From NCBI GenBank assembly GCA_038046625.1, contig JBBSVV010000017.1:1-25150 (forward strand): DNA of 25,150 bases, in the 5' to 3' direction. Origin of the DNA: an archaeon (GTDB lineage: Archaea > Iainarchaeota > Iainarchaeia > Iainarchaeales > Iainarchaeaceae). Every line of letters starts with the position of its first letter. Position 1 is the first letter of the stretch. The notes under the pieces were generated by a model. It did not search any database. It worked only from the letters and a program-made list of their open reading frames with translations, and was not told the origin of the DNA. Shown here piece by piece: positions 1 to 8,496 of this stretch. The position numbers and the translations under genes are program-made.

Positions 1-283
1 GCCTGAGAAAATGGAGTGAAGGTTGTTCGGGATCCGCAACAAGTCTTAGCAATTCTCTCTAGCCGAGTGAGCCTGATCCCGAACAATCGTCCAAGGAAAT
101 TCCTTGTTAGGTTATTCCCTAGTCGACCACCTCACTGCTTATTGGTTCCTTTCTAATATAAATTCTTTTCCAGCACTTTGGTTGGTTCTAAAGTTATTTT
201 CGTTGATGGGCGATACGGCCTTCTCTTTGACAGGAAAAAAACATTCTTGAAAATAAAATTCGTGTTGCTTTTTTGTGGCAATT

Positions 284-1219
284 TCAGCGGCTCAGGAGCT
301 TTGAGAGCGATTTTTTCTCGTTGAGGCAGCGTATGGCTTCCGCGAGCAATGGCGCTATCGAAATCACGGTTATTTTGCCGCTTTTTGCCCTTTGGGGGAT
401 GCTGTTCGTGACAATCACTTCTTTTATGGGGCTTTTCTCTATTTTCTGCACCGCGTTTCCCGCGAATACCCCGTGCGTAGCCATGGCATAAACCGCGGTT
501 CCGCCAGCCTTGAGTATTGCTTCTGCGGCATTAACCAGGGTTCCGCCGGTGTTGATTTCGTCATCCACAATTACCGCGATTTTTCCTCGGACGTCTCCGA
601 CGAGGTTCATTACTTCGCTCTGGTTTTGTTTTGGCCTGCGCTTGTCAATGATTGCGAGTTCCGCGTCCAGTTTTTTCGCGTATGCTCTCGCGCGCTTGGT
701 GCTGCCCATGTCCGGTGCAACCACTACAAGGTTCTTGAGTTTTTTCTTTTCAAAATAATGCACCAGTGGCCCAGAGGCATAGACAAAGTCAGCGCGCATG
801 TCGAAAAATCCCTGTATCTGGTCCGTGTGCAGATCCATTGTGAGGACCGCGTTTGTTCCTGCGGCGTAAAGGAGTTTCGCAACGAGTTTTGCGGTTATGG
901 GTTCGCGGTCTCCAACCTTGCGGTCCTGTTTCCCGTAGCCATAATACGGGATTATGCACGTTACTCGCTCCGCGGCCGCGCGTTTGGCAGCGTCCACCAT
1001 TATGAGGAGCTCCATTATGTTGTCGTTCTGGGGATTGCCCGTGCTTTGAACCAGGTAAACGTCCTTTCCGCGCACGCTCTCCAGGTAATTCACGTAGTTT
1101 TCGCCGTCCGCGAATTTCTTGAGTTCCACTTTCCCCAGATGCGTTTTGAGGTGTGACGTGATTTCTTTTGCGAGTTCCTGGTTGCTTGAACCGGAAAAAA
1201 TCAGGGGGTTCTTTTCCAT
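284..1219 (-). CDS. prs: Ribose-phosphate pyrophosphokinase (PRPP synthetase, class I-like)
   Basis: Motifs KFADGE, IPYYGYGKQDRK, DLHTDQIQGFFD, VVAPDMG, DKRRP, VDDEINTGGT and THGVF. Start moved from the track's TTG 1279 to ATG 1219 (MEKNPLIFSGSSN), 28 nt below a TATAAAAA. Confidence 0.96.
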   Translation of the reverse strand: MEKNPLIFSGSSNQELAKEITSHLKTHLGKVELKKFADGENYVNYLESVRGKDVYLVQSTGNPQNDNIMELLIMVDAAKRAAAERVTCIIPYYGYGKQDRKVGDREPITAKLVAKLLYAAGTNAVLTMDLHTDQIQGFFDMRADFVYASGPLVHYFEKKKLKNLVVVAPDMGSTKRARAYAKKLDAELAIIDKRRPKQNQSEVMNLVGDVRGKIAVIVDDEINTGGTLVNAAEAILKAGGTAVYAMATHGVFAGNAVQKIEKSPIKEVIVTNSIPQRAKSGKITVISIAPLLAEAIRCLNEKKSLSKLLSR

Positions 1220-1239
1220 TGGGACCGATATATTTATGG

Positions 1240-1257
1240 CGTATAGGTTTTTATACG
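1240..1257 (-). promoter_or_regulatory. TATA box of prs (TATAAAAA, 1255-1248) within palindrome CGTATA-N6-TATACG
   Basis: Sequence seen directly; spacing to the ATG fits an archaeal near-leaderless promoter. Confidence 0.55.
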
Positions 1258-1296
1258 ATTTTCCCTTTGGCCCGGGCAAATCATGGCCAGGTTAAT

Positions 1297-1314
1297 TATA
1301 AATACGGCTAAAAT
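1297..1314 (+). promoter_or_regulatory. TATA box plus downstream motif of first pilin-like gene
   Basis: TATAAATA at 1297-1304, 25 nt before ATG 1330, followed by CGGCTAAAAT. Confidence 0.65.
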
Positions 1315-1329
1315 CAAAGTAAGGGTATT

Positions 1330-1632
1330 ATGCGCAATGCCCAGGGTGCAACGGAATACCTTCTAATATTCGGCGTGATGGCGGTTGTGGTGCTGCTTTT
1401 CATAGCGCTCATTTCAGTGCTTTCAAATGCGGGCCAGGCGGAAACCGGGCAAAGCGCGGACAAGTTCGTGAACATAGTGAAGGGCATCAGCGAGGGCAAG
1501 AAAGGGGCTTCAGGCTCCTCATCGGTTTGCGCCGAGTTTCCGGAATGCACTTCCTGTGAATCAGAACTTTCTGGCGGCAAGTGCCTGAGCGGCATTTGCC
1601 AGAAATTTCAGCCCTCGCAACCATGCCCATGA
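1330..1632 (+). CDS. Class III signal peptide (pilin-like) protein with 6-Cys C-terminal domain
   Basis: MRNAQGATEYLLIFGVMAVVVLLFIALI is a basic residue, A/Q cleavage site, E at +5 and hydrophobic helix; the C-terminus carries 6 cysteines. Confidence 0.85.
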   Translation: MRNAQGATEYLLIFGVMAVVVLLFIALISVLSNAGQAETGQSADKFVNIVKGISEGKKGASGSSSVCAEFPECTSCESELSGGKCLSGICQKFQPSQPCP

Positions 1633-1672
1633 ATGTTGCTCCTGTTTTTGCGGCGGTTTTGGACTGAAAAAG

Positions 1673-1690
1673 TATAAATATTGCAAAACT
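1673..1690 (+). promoter_or_regulatory. TATA box plus downstream motif of second pilin-like gene
   Basis: GAAAAAG (BRE-like), then TATAAATA at 1673-1680, then TTGCAAAACT. Confidence 0.65.
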
Positions 1691-1711
1691 TATCATTAAC
1701 TTGGCGTGTTT

Positions 1712-2419
1712 ATGGGGAAAGCGCAGGGTTCTTTGGAGTACACTTTGCTTGTCGGGGGCGCAGTGCTGATTGTGCTGGTTGTGGCGATTCTCATTTCCGG
1801 GCTTTCGCAGTCCCAGGCCGAACAAACCGTTGAAAGTTCGCAGACAACTTTCGGCAGGGTGGATGAAACGCTCAATAATATCCCTGATGTTGTTTCGGGC
1901 AGGGTTTATCTGAGCGACAATTTTGATGACGGGGATTTGGCTGGCTGGACATATGACGCGTCAAGCTCACAGGAAAAATGGACGGTCAGTAACGGGGTTC
2001 TTCAGGGCTACTTTGCAGGTTCTGACAATAACCCTAATGTGGCGAAGCTTACTCGGCAGCTCAGTGGCCTCACGAGCCACGCCTACACTATGACCGCGGA
2101 AATTTATTTTCCTGCGGAGCAGGCAGGGCTGATTGCTGGCGGTGTGTTCGTGAGGCGATACTCCGGCAAGTACCAGATTATGCTCGGCACCAACCCGGTT
2201 GCAACCAGCGGTCCCCTTGATTTCGGCAAGAACTGGAAAATTACATGGGTTCCGGACAACGGCGGGACTTTGAATCTTGGTGTTGATGGGCAGAAAATAA
2301 GCTGGTTTACGGGAAAAAATACGGGGTTGCCAAACAGCGGCGAATTCGGTTTCGGGCACAAGGGCTATAGCCTCAGCCGCACATTCCAGGCCGACAACGT
2401 AACAGTAGTTGCGAACTGA
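1712..2419 (+). CDS. Class III signal peptide protein with probable lectin/glucanase-like beta-sandwich domain
   Basis: MGKAQGSLEYTLLVGGAVLIVLVVAILI. The domain runs from SDNFDDGDLAGWT to FQADNVTV, a pattern typical of ConA-like/DUF1080-like folds (fold is inferred). Alternative start GTG 1706. Confidence 0.85.
   Translation: MGKAQGSLEYTLLVGGAVLIVLVVAILISGLSQSQAEQTVESSQTTFGRVDETLNNIPDVVSGRVYLSDNFDDGDLAGWTYDASSSQEKWTVSNGVLQGYFAGSDNNPNVAKLTRQLSGLTSHAYTMTAEIYFPAEQAGLIAGGVFVRRYSGKYQIMLGTNPVATSGPLDFGKNWKITWVPDNGGTLNLGVDGQKISWFTGKNTGLPNSGEFGFGHKGYSLSRTFQADNVTVVAN
2231..2353 (+). repeat. Direct repeat copy 1 (123 nt), matching 3058-3180
   Basis: Manual alignment gives 114/123 identical with no gaps. 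Confidence 0.95.
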
Positions 2420-2484
2420 ACAGCCCAAAACAATCCACTGCCTTTATGTGTTGGTGATTCACAAATTCCGGCTTTTCGCGTAAC

Positions 2485-2502
2485 TATAAATACGCCAAAA
2501 TT
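2485..2502 (+). promoter_or_regulatory. TATA box plus downstream motif of third pilin-like gene
   Basis: TATAAATA at 2485-2492, 22 nt before ATG 2515, followed by CGCCAAAATT. Confidence 0.65.
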
Positions 2503-2514
2503 ATATTGTTTACC

Positions 2515-3246
2515 ATGATACCGAGGACTGCGCAGGGTTCGCTTGAATACCTTTTGCTGGTAGGTGGAGCCTTAGTTGTGGTTGTCATAGTGGTTGTGCT
2601 CATGCTAGGCCTGTCAGGCTCCGAAGGAAAGCAGATTTCCGAGGGCTCGAATGCTGTGCAAACAAAGACTAACGAGCTCAAGAACAGCATTCCTGGCGCG
2701 GTCGCGGGGCTTTTTTATTTCAGGGAAGACTTCGACAACAAGAACATTTCCGACCTGCAGGCCGAGGGATGGGTTATCACCAATACGGTTCGCAACGTGA
2801 ATTGGCAAATCATTGGCGGGGCGCTTCAGGCCACCGACACTGCCGCTTCAGACTCTACTTTTACTCGTCAGTTCAATGTGCTGGAAAACAAGCCATATAC
2901 CATTACAGCCAAAGTTTCCGGGGCCGGAGTTGAAACTGGGCTCGTTGCCGGAGGCATATATGTGAGAAGAGGTCCCGCGGTCTCGTGCCGCACTTACCAG
3001 ATAAAAGACATTGACTTCACAACGGTCGCAGTTAGCGGTTGCCTGCCTTTCGGTAACAACTGGAAAATTACATGGGTTCCGGACAATGGCGGGACTTTGA
3101 ATCTTGATGTTGATGGGCAGAAAATAAACTGGGTTACGGGAACAAATACAGGTTTGCCCAACAACGGCGAATTCGGTTTCAGGGACGAATCACAGCCACC
3201 CGACAGCCTTTTGGTGGCAGACAACTTCAAGCTGACGGGCGGCTGA
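2515..3246 (+). CDS. Class III signal peptide protein, paralog of 1712-2419
   Basis: MIPRTAQGSLEYLLLVGGALVVVVIVVVLML, FREDFDN and ADNFKL; shares NWKITWVPDNGGTLNL with its neighbour. Confidence 0.85.
   Translation: MIPRTAQGSLEYLLLVGGALVVVVIVVVLMLGLSGSEGKQISEGSNAVQTKTNELKNSIPGAVAGLFYFREDFDNKNISDLQAEGWVITNTVRNVNWQIIGGALQATDTAASDSTFTRQFNVLENKPYTITAKVSGAGVETGLVAGGIYVRRGPAVSCRTYQIKDIDFTTVAVSGCLPFGNNWKITWVPDNGGTLNLDVDGQKINWVTGTNTGLPNNGEFGFRDESQPPDSLLVADNFKLTGG
3058..3180 (+). repeat. Direct repeat copy 2 (123 nt), matching 2231-2353
   Basis: Manual alignment gives 114/123 identical. Confidence 0.95.
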
Positions 3247-3317
3247 AAAACCGCTTTTCGAGTGTTTGTGTTCTCCGCCACTTGGGGGTTTAAGCCTTTT
3301 TTGTTCCCAATTATTGC

Positions 3318-4028
3318 ATGAAAATTTCCGCGCAGGGCATTGCAAAGAAGCATTTGTTCTTCTGCCTTACGGATATCCTCATTTCGGGCTCCATAAACCA
3401 AAAGGTTTCCCGGGCAAAGGTCGGGAAGGCGCTTTCCTTCCTCAAGGGCCTCGAGGAAAAAGGTTTGGTAGAGCTCTTTTTGTTCTCGGGCCGTGCGGAG
3501 GAAAAAATGCGCGCAAAAATTTCGGAGAACAGCCTTGAAAAGTTCTTCGAACCAAAAAGAATTTTTTTCATTACCAAGGAATACATTGATTCAAAGGAAC
3601 AGGTTGACCGCGAGAGGCACATCGCGAACCTTGATGCGGACCATGATTTTGCGGATGAGTTCTTCAAGCAGCACCTCCTCAAAACCCTGCTTGAGGAGGG
3701 AAAAATCGAGCGCGGCAAAACCGTTGTAATCGGCCATGACATTTGGTTTGACGCTTTTTACACGATGCGTTTTGCGCAGGTTGATTTTGTTCTCGTTGAA
3801 AGCGCTTTGAGCGAGCGCAACAGGCCCATGCCCGCGCGTATTCAGGGATTGAATTACGCTGAAATAACCGAAAGCGACATGAAAAGGCTTGTGCTGGGCA
3901 AGTACCCGAAGCCGGATTTGAGGTTCCTCGAGAATTATATTTTCAACCGCCTGAAGCTCGAACTCTTCCAGGGCGGCGAACTGGATAAAATCACGAGGCT
4001 TGCGCAGGAAAAGCGCGCCAAGGGATAA
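3318..4028 (+). CDS. Hypothetical protein, probable degenerate HAD-like fold
   Basis: HLFFCLTDIL lies in the motif I position, LFLFSGR in motif II and TVVIGHDIWFD in motif IV; the catalytic DxD is absent. Confidence 0.6.
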   Translation: MKISAQGIAKKHLFFCLTDILISGSINQKVSRAKVGKALSFLKGLEEKGLVELFLFSGRAEEKMRAKISENSLEKFFEPKRIFFITKEYIDSKEQVDRERHIANLDADHDFADEFFKQHLLKTLLEEGKIERGKTVVIGHDIWFDAFYTMRFAQVDFVLVESALSERNRPMPARIQGLNYAEITESDMKRLVLGKYPKPDLRFLENYIFNRLKLELFQGGELDKITRLAQEKRAKG

Positions 4029-4059
4029 TAATATATAAGCTAATTTTCTAATCTTTGGC

Positions 4060-5337
4060 ATGGTCAAAATAACTGCCTTGAAAGCAATGCAGATTCTGGA
4101 TTCGAGGGGCAACCCCACGGTTTCCTGCGCGCTTTCAACGCCAAAAGGCATTTTTGTTTCCATGGTCCCGAGCGGCGCCTCAACAGGCACACACGAAGCC
4201 CTTGAGCTCCGCGACGGCGGGAAAGAATTCGGCGGAAAAGGCGTCTTGAAGGCGGTTTCGAACGTGAATTCAGTGATTGCAAAAAGCGTTGTCGGGAAGA
4301 ATTTTTCCTCGCAGCGCGAATTGGATGATTTTCTTTTGAAGCTGGACGGCACCGAAAACAAGTCCAAGTTAGGGGCGAATGCAATCCTCGGCGCCTCAAT
4401 GTCTTTTGCGCGCGCATTGGCATCGGAAAACAACATTGAATTGTACGAATCGCTTGGAAATTCCGCGGGAAAAAAATCTTTTTCATTGCCTGTTCCGCAA
4501 TTGAATGTTCTGAATGGCGGCAAGCACGCTGGAAAGGAGAACGATATCCAGGAGCACATGCTTCTGCCCATAAAATTCAATTCTTTTGCCGAGGCAATCC
4601 GCGCGGGCGCCGAAACCTATCACGTGCTCAAGGGAATGCTGAAAAAAAAGTTCGGCGCGCAGGCAACTTTGCTCGGTGACGAGGGCGGCTTTGTTCCCCA
4701 GATGGATTCTGTTGAAGAGCGCCTTGAATTGATGCTTTCTGCAATCAAAGAAGCGGGTTATGAGGGGAAGATAAAAATCGGTTTGGATTGCGCTTCTTCC
4801 GAATTTTTTGACGGAAAAAAATATTCAATTGGTGCAAAATCTTTTTCCGCTTCCGAGCTCGCTGATTTTTACGCTTCGCTCGTCGATTCTTATGAAATTA
4901 TTTCTATTGAGGACGGCATGGCGGAGGATGACTGGAACGGCTGGGTGGAATTGATGAAAAAGCTGGGCAAAAAAATCCAGCTTGTCGGGGACGATAATTT
5001 GGTTACTAATACAGGCCGCATAAAAACTGCGCTGGAGAAAAAGGCCTGCAATTCGCTTTTGCTTAAGGTTAACCAGATTGGCACGGTTTCCGAATCCATT
5101 GGGGCTTCAAAGCTCGCGGAGAAAAACGGTTGGAGCGTTGTTGTTTCGCACCGTTCAGGTGAAACGGAAGATGCGTTCATCGCGGATTTGGTTGTTGGCT
5201 TGGCTTCGGGGCAGAGCAAGTTCGGGGCCCCCGCGCGTTCCGAGAGGGTTGCGAAGTACAACAGGCTTTTGGCGATTGAGGGGAATGCATCGGGAAAAAT
5301 CCCTTTTTCCGGCAGGGGTTTCCCTTTTTCAAAGTGA
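4060..5337 (+). CDS. eno: Enolase (phosphopyruvate hydratase)
   Basis: ILDSRGNPTV, VPSGASTGTHEALELRDG, GDEGGF, LLLKVNQIG, SHRSGETED and RSERVAKYN. Confidence 0.98.
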   Translation: MVKITALKAMQILDSRGNPTVSCALSTPKGIFVSMVPSGASTGTHEALELRDGGKEFGGKGVLKAVSNVNSVIAKSVVGKNFSSQRELDDFLLKLDGTENKSKLGANAILGASMSFARALASENNIELYESLGNSAGKKSFSLPVPQLNVLNGGKHAGKENDIQEHMLLPIKFNSFAEAIRAGAETYHVLKGMLKKKFGAQATLLGDEGGFVPQMDSVEERLELMLSAIKEAGYEGKIKIGLDCASSEFFDGKKYSIGAKSFSASELADFYASLVDSYEIISIEDGMAEDDWNGWVELMKKLGKKIQLVGDDNLVTNTGRIKTALEKKACNSLLLKVNQIGTVSESIGASKLAEKNGWSVVVSHRSGETEDAFIADLVVGLASGQSKFGAPARSERVAKYNRLLAIEGNASGKIPFSGRGFPFSK

Positions 5338-5343
5338 ATTCCC

Positions 5344-6582
5344 ATGGCTTTTTCGCTTGAACTGGATGCATTGATTCTGGCTTTTCTCGTTGTGCTTTCG
5401 GGTTTTTTTTCGGCTTCGGAACTCTCGATTTTTTCCCTTAGCAGGCTCAAGCTCAGGCGCATGGTTGCCTCGAAAAAATTGAATGCCGAGCTTCTTGCAA
5501 AGCTCAAAGAAAACCCGCAGAGACTTCTGCTGACCATCCTGATTGGAAATGATTTGGCGAATATTGCGGCGGCTTCTTTTGCGACCGCGGTTTCCCTGGA
5601 GATTTTCCCCTCTGAATTTGGAATTGCAGTGGCCACCGGTGTAATGACTTTTGTTATACTTGTTTTTGGGGACATGATTCCAAAATCGCTCGCTCTTAGG
5701 CACAATGAATTCATTTCCCTGAATTCTGCGCCTTTTCTTAAACTAATTTCCGTGCTTTTTGCCCCGCTGATATTCGTTCTTGAGCGCGTTACCGGGCTGT
5801 TTGTGGGGTTTGCTTCTGTCGGTGCGGGTGAACAATTGCTTACCGAGGAAGAAGTCAAGGCTGTTGTTTCCATTGGGGCGGAGGAAGGCGGCATAAAGAA
5901 GGAGGAGAAGGAGATGATTCACCGCATTTTTCGGTTTGACGACACCACTGTCGAGAGTGTAATGACCCCTCGCTCGGAAATTGTTTCTGTTGAGGCGGGC
6001 ACCAAAATCAAGGACATCAGCCCCGGGGTATTGGGGGAGCATTCCAGGCTTCCGGTTTACAAGGGCGATTTGGATGAGATTGTCGGGGTTTTTCACGCGC
6101 GCGATTATTGGGGCAACAGTTCCCGCAGGAAGTCGTCGCTTACCGTGGAAAAAATGATGAGACCTGTAATGTATGTTGTCGGCACCAGGAAGATTGACAA
6201 GCTTTTGAAGGAATTTCAAAGGAAAAAGAACCAGCTTGCGATCGTTGTTGATGAGTACGGCGGGACAATCGGCCTGGTCACGATTGAGGATTTGCTCGAG
6301 GAAATCGTTGGGGAAATAGAGGATGAGACCGACGGCCAGGCCGTTATCAAGAAGCTGAGGGACAACGAGTTTTTGGTGGAGGGCGCGGTTTCAATGGAGC
6401 GCCTCAACAAGGTAATCGGCTCGGCCTTCAAGAGCGATGATTATGATACTGTTGCCGGATTGATCCTGCAGAGCCTGGACAAGGTTCCCAAGGAAGGCGA
6501 TTTCGTGTCCGTTGCCGGAATAAAGTTCACGGTGGAAAAAATGGACGGCCCGAAAATAGAGATACTGCGCGTCGTGAAATGA
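5344..6582 (+). CDS. CNNM/DUF21-CBS-CorC_HlyC membrane protein (hemolysin family, Mg/Co transport-related)
   Basis: [65 protein letters not shown] and YDTVAG. Confidence 0.93.
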   Translation: MAFSLELDALILAFLVVLSGFFSASELSIFSLSRLKLRRMVASKKLNAELLAKLKENPQRLLLTILIGNDLANIAAASFATAVSLEIFPSEFGIAVATGVMTFVILVFGDMIPKSLALRHNEFISLNSAPFLKLISVLFAPLIFVLERVTGLFVGFASVGAGEQLLTEEEVKAVVSIGAEEGGIKKEEKEMIHRIFRFDDTTVESVMTPRSEIVSVEAGTKIKDISPGVLGEHSRLPVYKGDLDEIVGVFHARDYWGNSSRRKSSLTVEKMMRPVMYVVGTRKIDKLLKEFQRKKNQLAIVVDEYGGTIGLVTIEDLLEEIVGEIEDETDGQAVIKKLRDNEFLVEGAVSMERLNKVIGSAFKSDDYDTVAGLILQSLDKVPKEGDFVSVAGIKFTVEKMDGPKIEILRVVK

Positions 6583-6596
6583 TTTCCGCCAAACGG

Positions 6597-7367
6597 CTAT
6601 TTCGCGCGCCTGATGTGCTCGCGCAGAGTCTGCTGTTTCGTCTGCAAACCCGTTATTTTTGCCTTCTGGCTTTCGCTAGGCGTAAGTTCAAAGTCGAGCT
6701 TTGCAAACTCCAACCCTGATTGTTCCAGAAGCTCCAAAGCATTTTTCCTGATGCCCGGCGCGAGCAAAATGCCGCGCGTTTTGATGTTCTTTAACCTTTC
6801 AACTTCGCGCATGTACCTTTGCAGCTGCGTAACTGAGGCAAAGTCCGCTTCGCGCCTCTTCAGTTCAATCACGACAAGGTTTCCGTCCTTGTCCTCGGCA
6901 ATGATGTCCGCAATACCTTTCCTGAAATGCTGCTGCTGGTTCAATGGTTTCAACCCTTCTTCAATCATTGTGAGGTCTCCCATGAGTATTTCGTTCAAAT
7001 CGCGCTCCGAACCCGAAAGCCTCAGGTCATTCGTCACTTCAATCTCGTAATTGTGGACGCCGTGAACGTCAAAGAATGTCGCGGTAAGGCTTTCCGCGGG
7101 TTTTGTTTTTGTGGATTTTATTATGAGGGTTCCGTCGCCGAGGAAACAGCCTATGCGGGAGCCAACCATGTAATTGGTCGGCCTCACTAATCTGTTCTGG
7201 TGTATTGATATTGAATTGTCGCCTTTTATGAGAACCAGCCTTTTTCCTTTCGGGAGTTTTGAAGTGGCCCTGCCCAAGTAATCCACGAAGCAGTTGCCTA
7301 CCACGACAATCATGCTTTTGTTTATGAGCCCGCGCTCTATCTCTTCCTTGGCCTTATCCAGCTCCAT
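6597..7367 (-). CDS. nucS: Endonuclease NucS/EndoMS
   Basis: YLGRATSKL, IKGDNSISIH, RPTNY, SERDL, DIIAED..VVIELKR and QLQRY; the C-terminal QQTL resembles a PCNA-interacting box. Start set at ATG 7367. Confidence 0.93.
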   Translation of the reverse strand: MELDKAKEEIERGLINKSMIVVVGNCFVDYLGRATSKLPKGKRLVLIKGDNSISIHQNRLVRPTNYMVGSRIGCFLGDGTLIIKSTKTKPAESLTATFFDVHGVHNYEIEVTNDLRLSGSERDLNEILMGDLTMIEEGLKPLNQQQHFRKGIADIIAEDKDGNLVVIELKRREADFASVTQLQRYMREVERLKNIKTRGILLAPGIRKNALELLEQSGLEFAKLDFELTPSESQKAKITGLQTKQQTLREHIRRAK

Positions 7368-7491
7368 GGTCCCTGCTCGCAGCAAAGATTGTGTTTGAAG
7401 TGGTTAAAAGTTTATTGCCCCAAATTCCCTTTTTTTGACGAAAAAAGGGGGTTTCCTTAACCTTTTAATTTTCACTGCCTGAATCTTTATT

Positions 7492-8496
7492 ATGCAGCTG
7501 ACAGTTCCGCTAGAAATTGAAATCCGCGAGGAGGCAAAGAGGCTTTTCGCGAACATGCGGCACCTGGATTACTCGATGAGCGAGTGCATGCTCTTCGCGC
7601 CGATAACCCTGAAAATAAACCAGTTGAAAAAGCAGAAGAATGCGGTTATTCTTGCGCACAATTACCAGAGGCCGGAAATCCTTCTTGGCGTTGCGGATTT
7701 TACCGGTGATTCTTTCGGGTTGAGTGTCGAGGCGAAGCGCACAAATGCTGACCTGATTCTTTTCTGCGGCGTGGTTTTCATGGCCGAGACCGCAAAAATC
7801 CTGAACCCTTCGAAAAAAGTCCTGATTTCCTCTCTTGAGGCGGGCTGTTCCCTCTCGGAGAGCATCACCGCTGCGGATGTGAGAAAAGTAAAGGCACTGC
7901 ATCCAAATGTTCCGGTTGTCACTTACGTGAACACGAGCGCCGAGGTAAAGGCGGAAAGCGACGTGTGCTGCACTTCCGCGAATGCATTGAAGGTGATTGA
8001 GGCGATGCCGGGCAATGAAGTGATTTTCCTGCCGGACATTTTCATGGCGCAGAACCTGCAGAAGCAAACCAACAAAAAAATCCATTCCTGGAACGGAAAG
8101 TGCATTGTGCATGAAATTTTTACAAAGGAACAGATTATGTCATACAAGAAACAATACCCCGACATGAAGGTTCTCTCCCATTTGGAATGCCGGCCTGAAG
8201 TGATTGAAGTTTCCGACCTCGCGGGCGGAACCTCTGATATGTACAATTTCATAAAGAAGAGCACCGCGAAGCGCTTCATGCTCGTCACTGAGTGCGGCAT
8301 GTCGGACCTTCTCCGTGCGAGGTTTCCTGATAAACAATTCATTAACCCGTGCGCGGTCTGTCCGTATATGAAGAAAATTAACCTCGAGAACATCCTTGAC
8401 TCTCTTGAGAAGGAAAAGTTCGAGATAAATGTTCCTGAGCTGGTCCGTGCAAAAGCACAAAGCGCCCTGGATAAAATGATTGCAATAGGGAAGTAA
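7492..8496 (+). CDS. nadA: Quinolinate synthase
   Basis: ILAHNYQ, GDS, FCGVVFMAETAKILNP, AGCSL, YVNTSA, CCTSAN, CIVH, HLEC and CPYMK; the three Fe-S cysteines are present. Confidence 0.97.
   Translation: MQLTVPLEIEIREEAKRLFANMRHLDYSMSECMLFAPITLKINQLKKQKNAVILAHNYQRPEILLGVADFTGDSFGLSVEAKRTNADLILFCGVVFMAETAKILNPSKKVLISSLEAGCSLSESITAADVRKVKALHPNVPVVTYVNTSAEVKAESDVCCTSANALKVIEAMPGNEVIFLPDIFMAQNLQKQTNKKIHSWNGKCIVHEIFTKEQIMSYKKQYPDMKVLSHLECRPEVIEVSDLAGGTSDMYNFIKKSTAKRFMLVTECGMSDLLRARFPDKQFINPCAVCPYMKKINLENILDSLEKEKFEINVPELVRAKAQSALDKMIAIGK

Noticed and set aside
13..137. tRNA on the minus strand ending in CCA
   Set aside because: No T-loop (TTCRA) or D-loop consensus, and the arm lengths do not fit a cloverleaf.
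392..1156. Long antisense or alternative-frame ORFs (also 3591-4580, 4890-5894, 7923-8603, 12737-13492, 21170-21925 and others)
   Set aside because: They are shadows of well-supported genes and carry no recognisable motifs.
2231..3180. Diversity-generating retroelement TR/VR pair
   Set aside because: The mismatches are not adenine-specific (they include C/T, T/G and G/T), both copies lie inside intact genes, and no reverse transcriptase is in the window.
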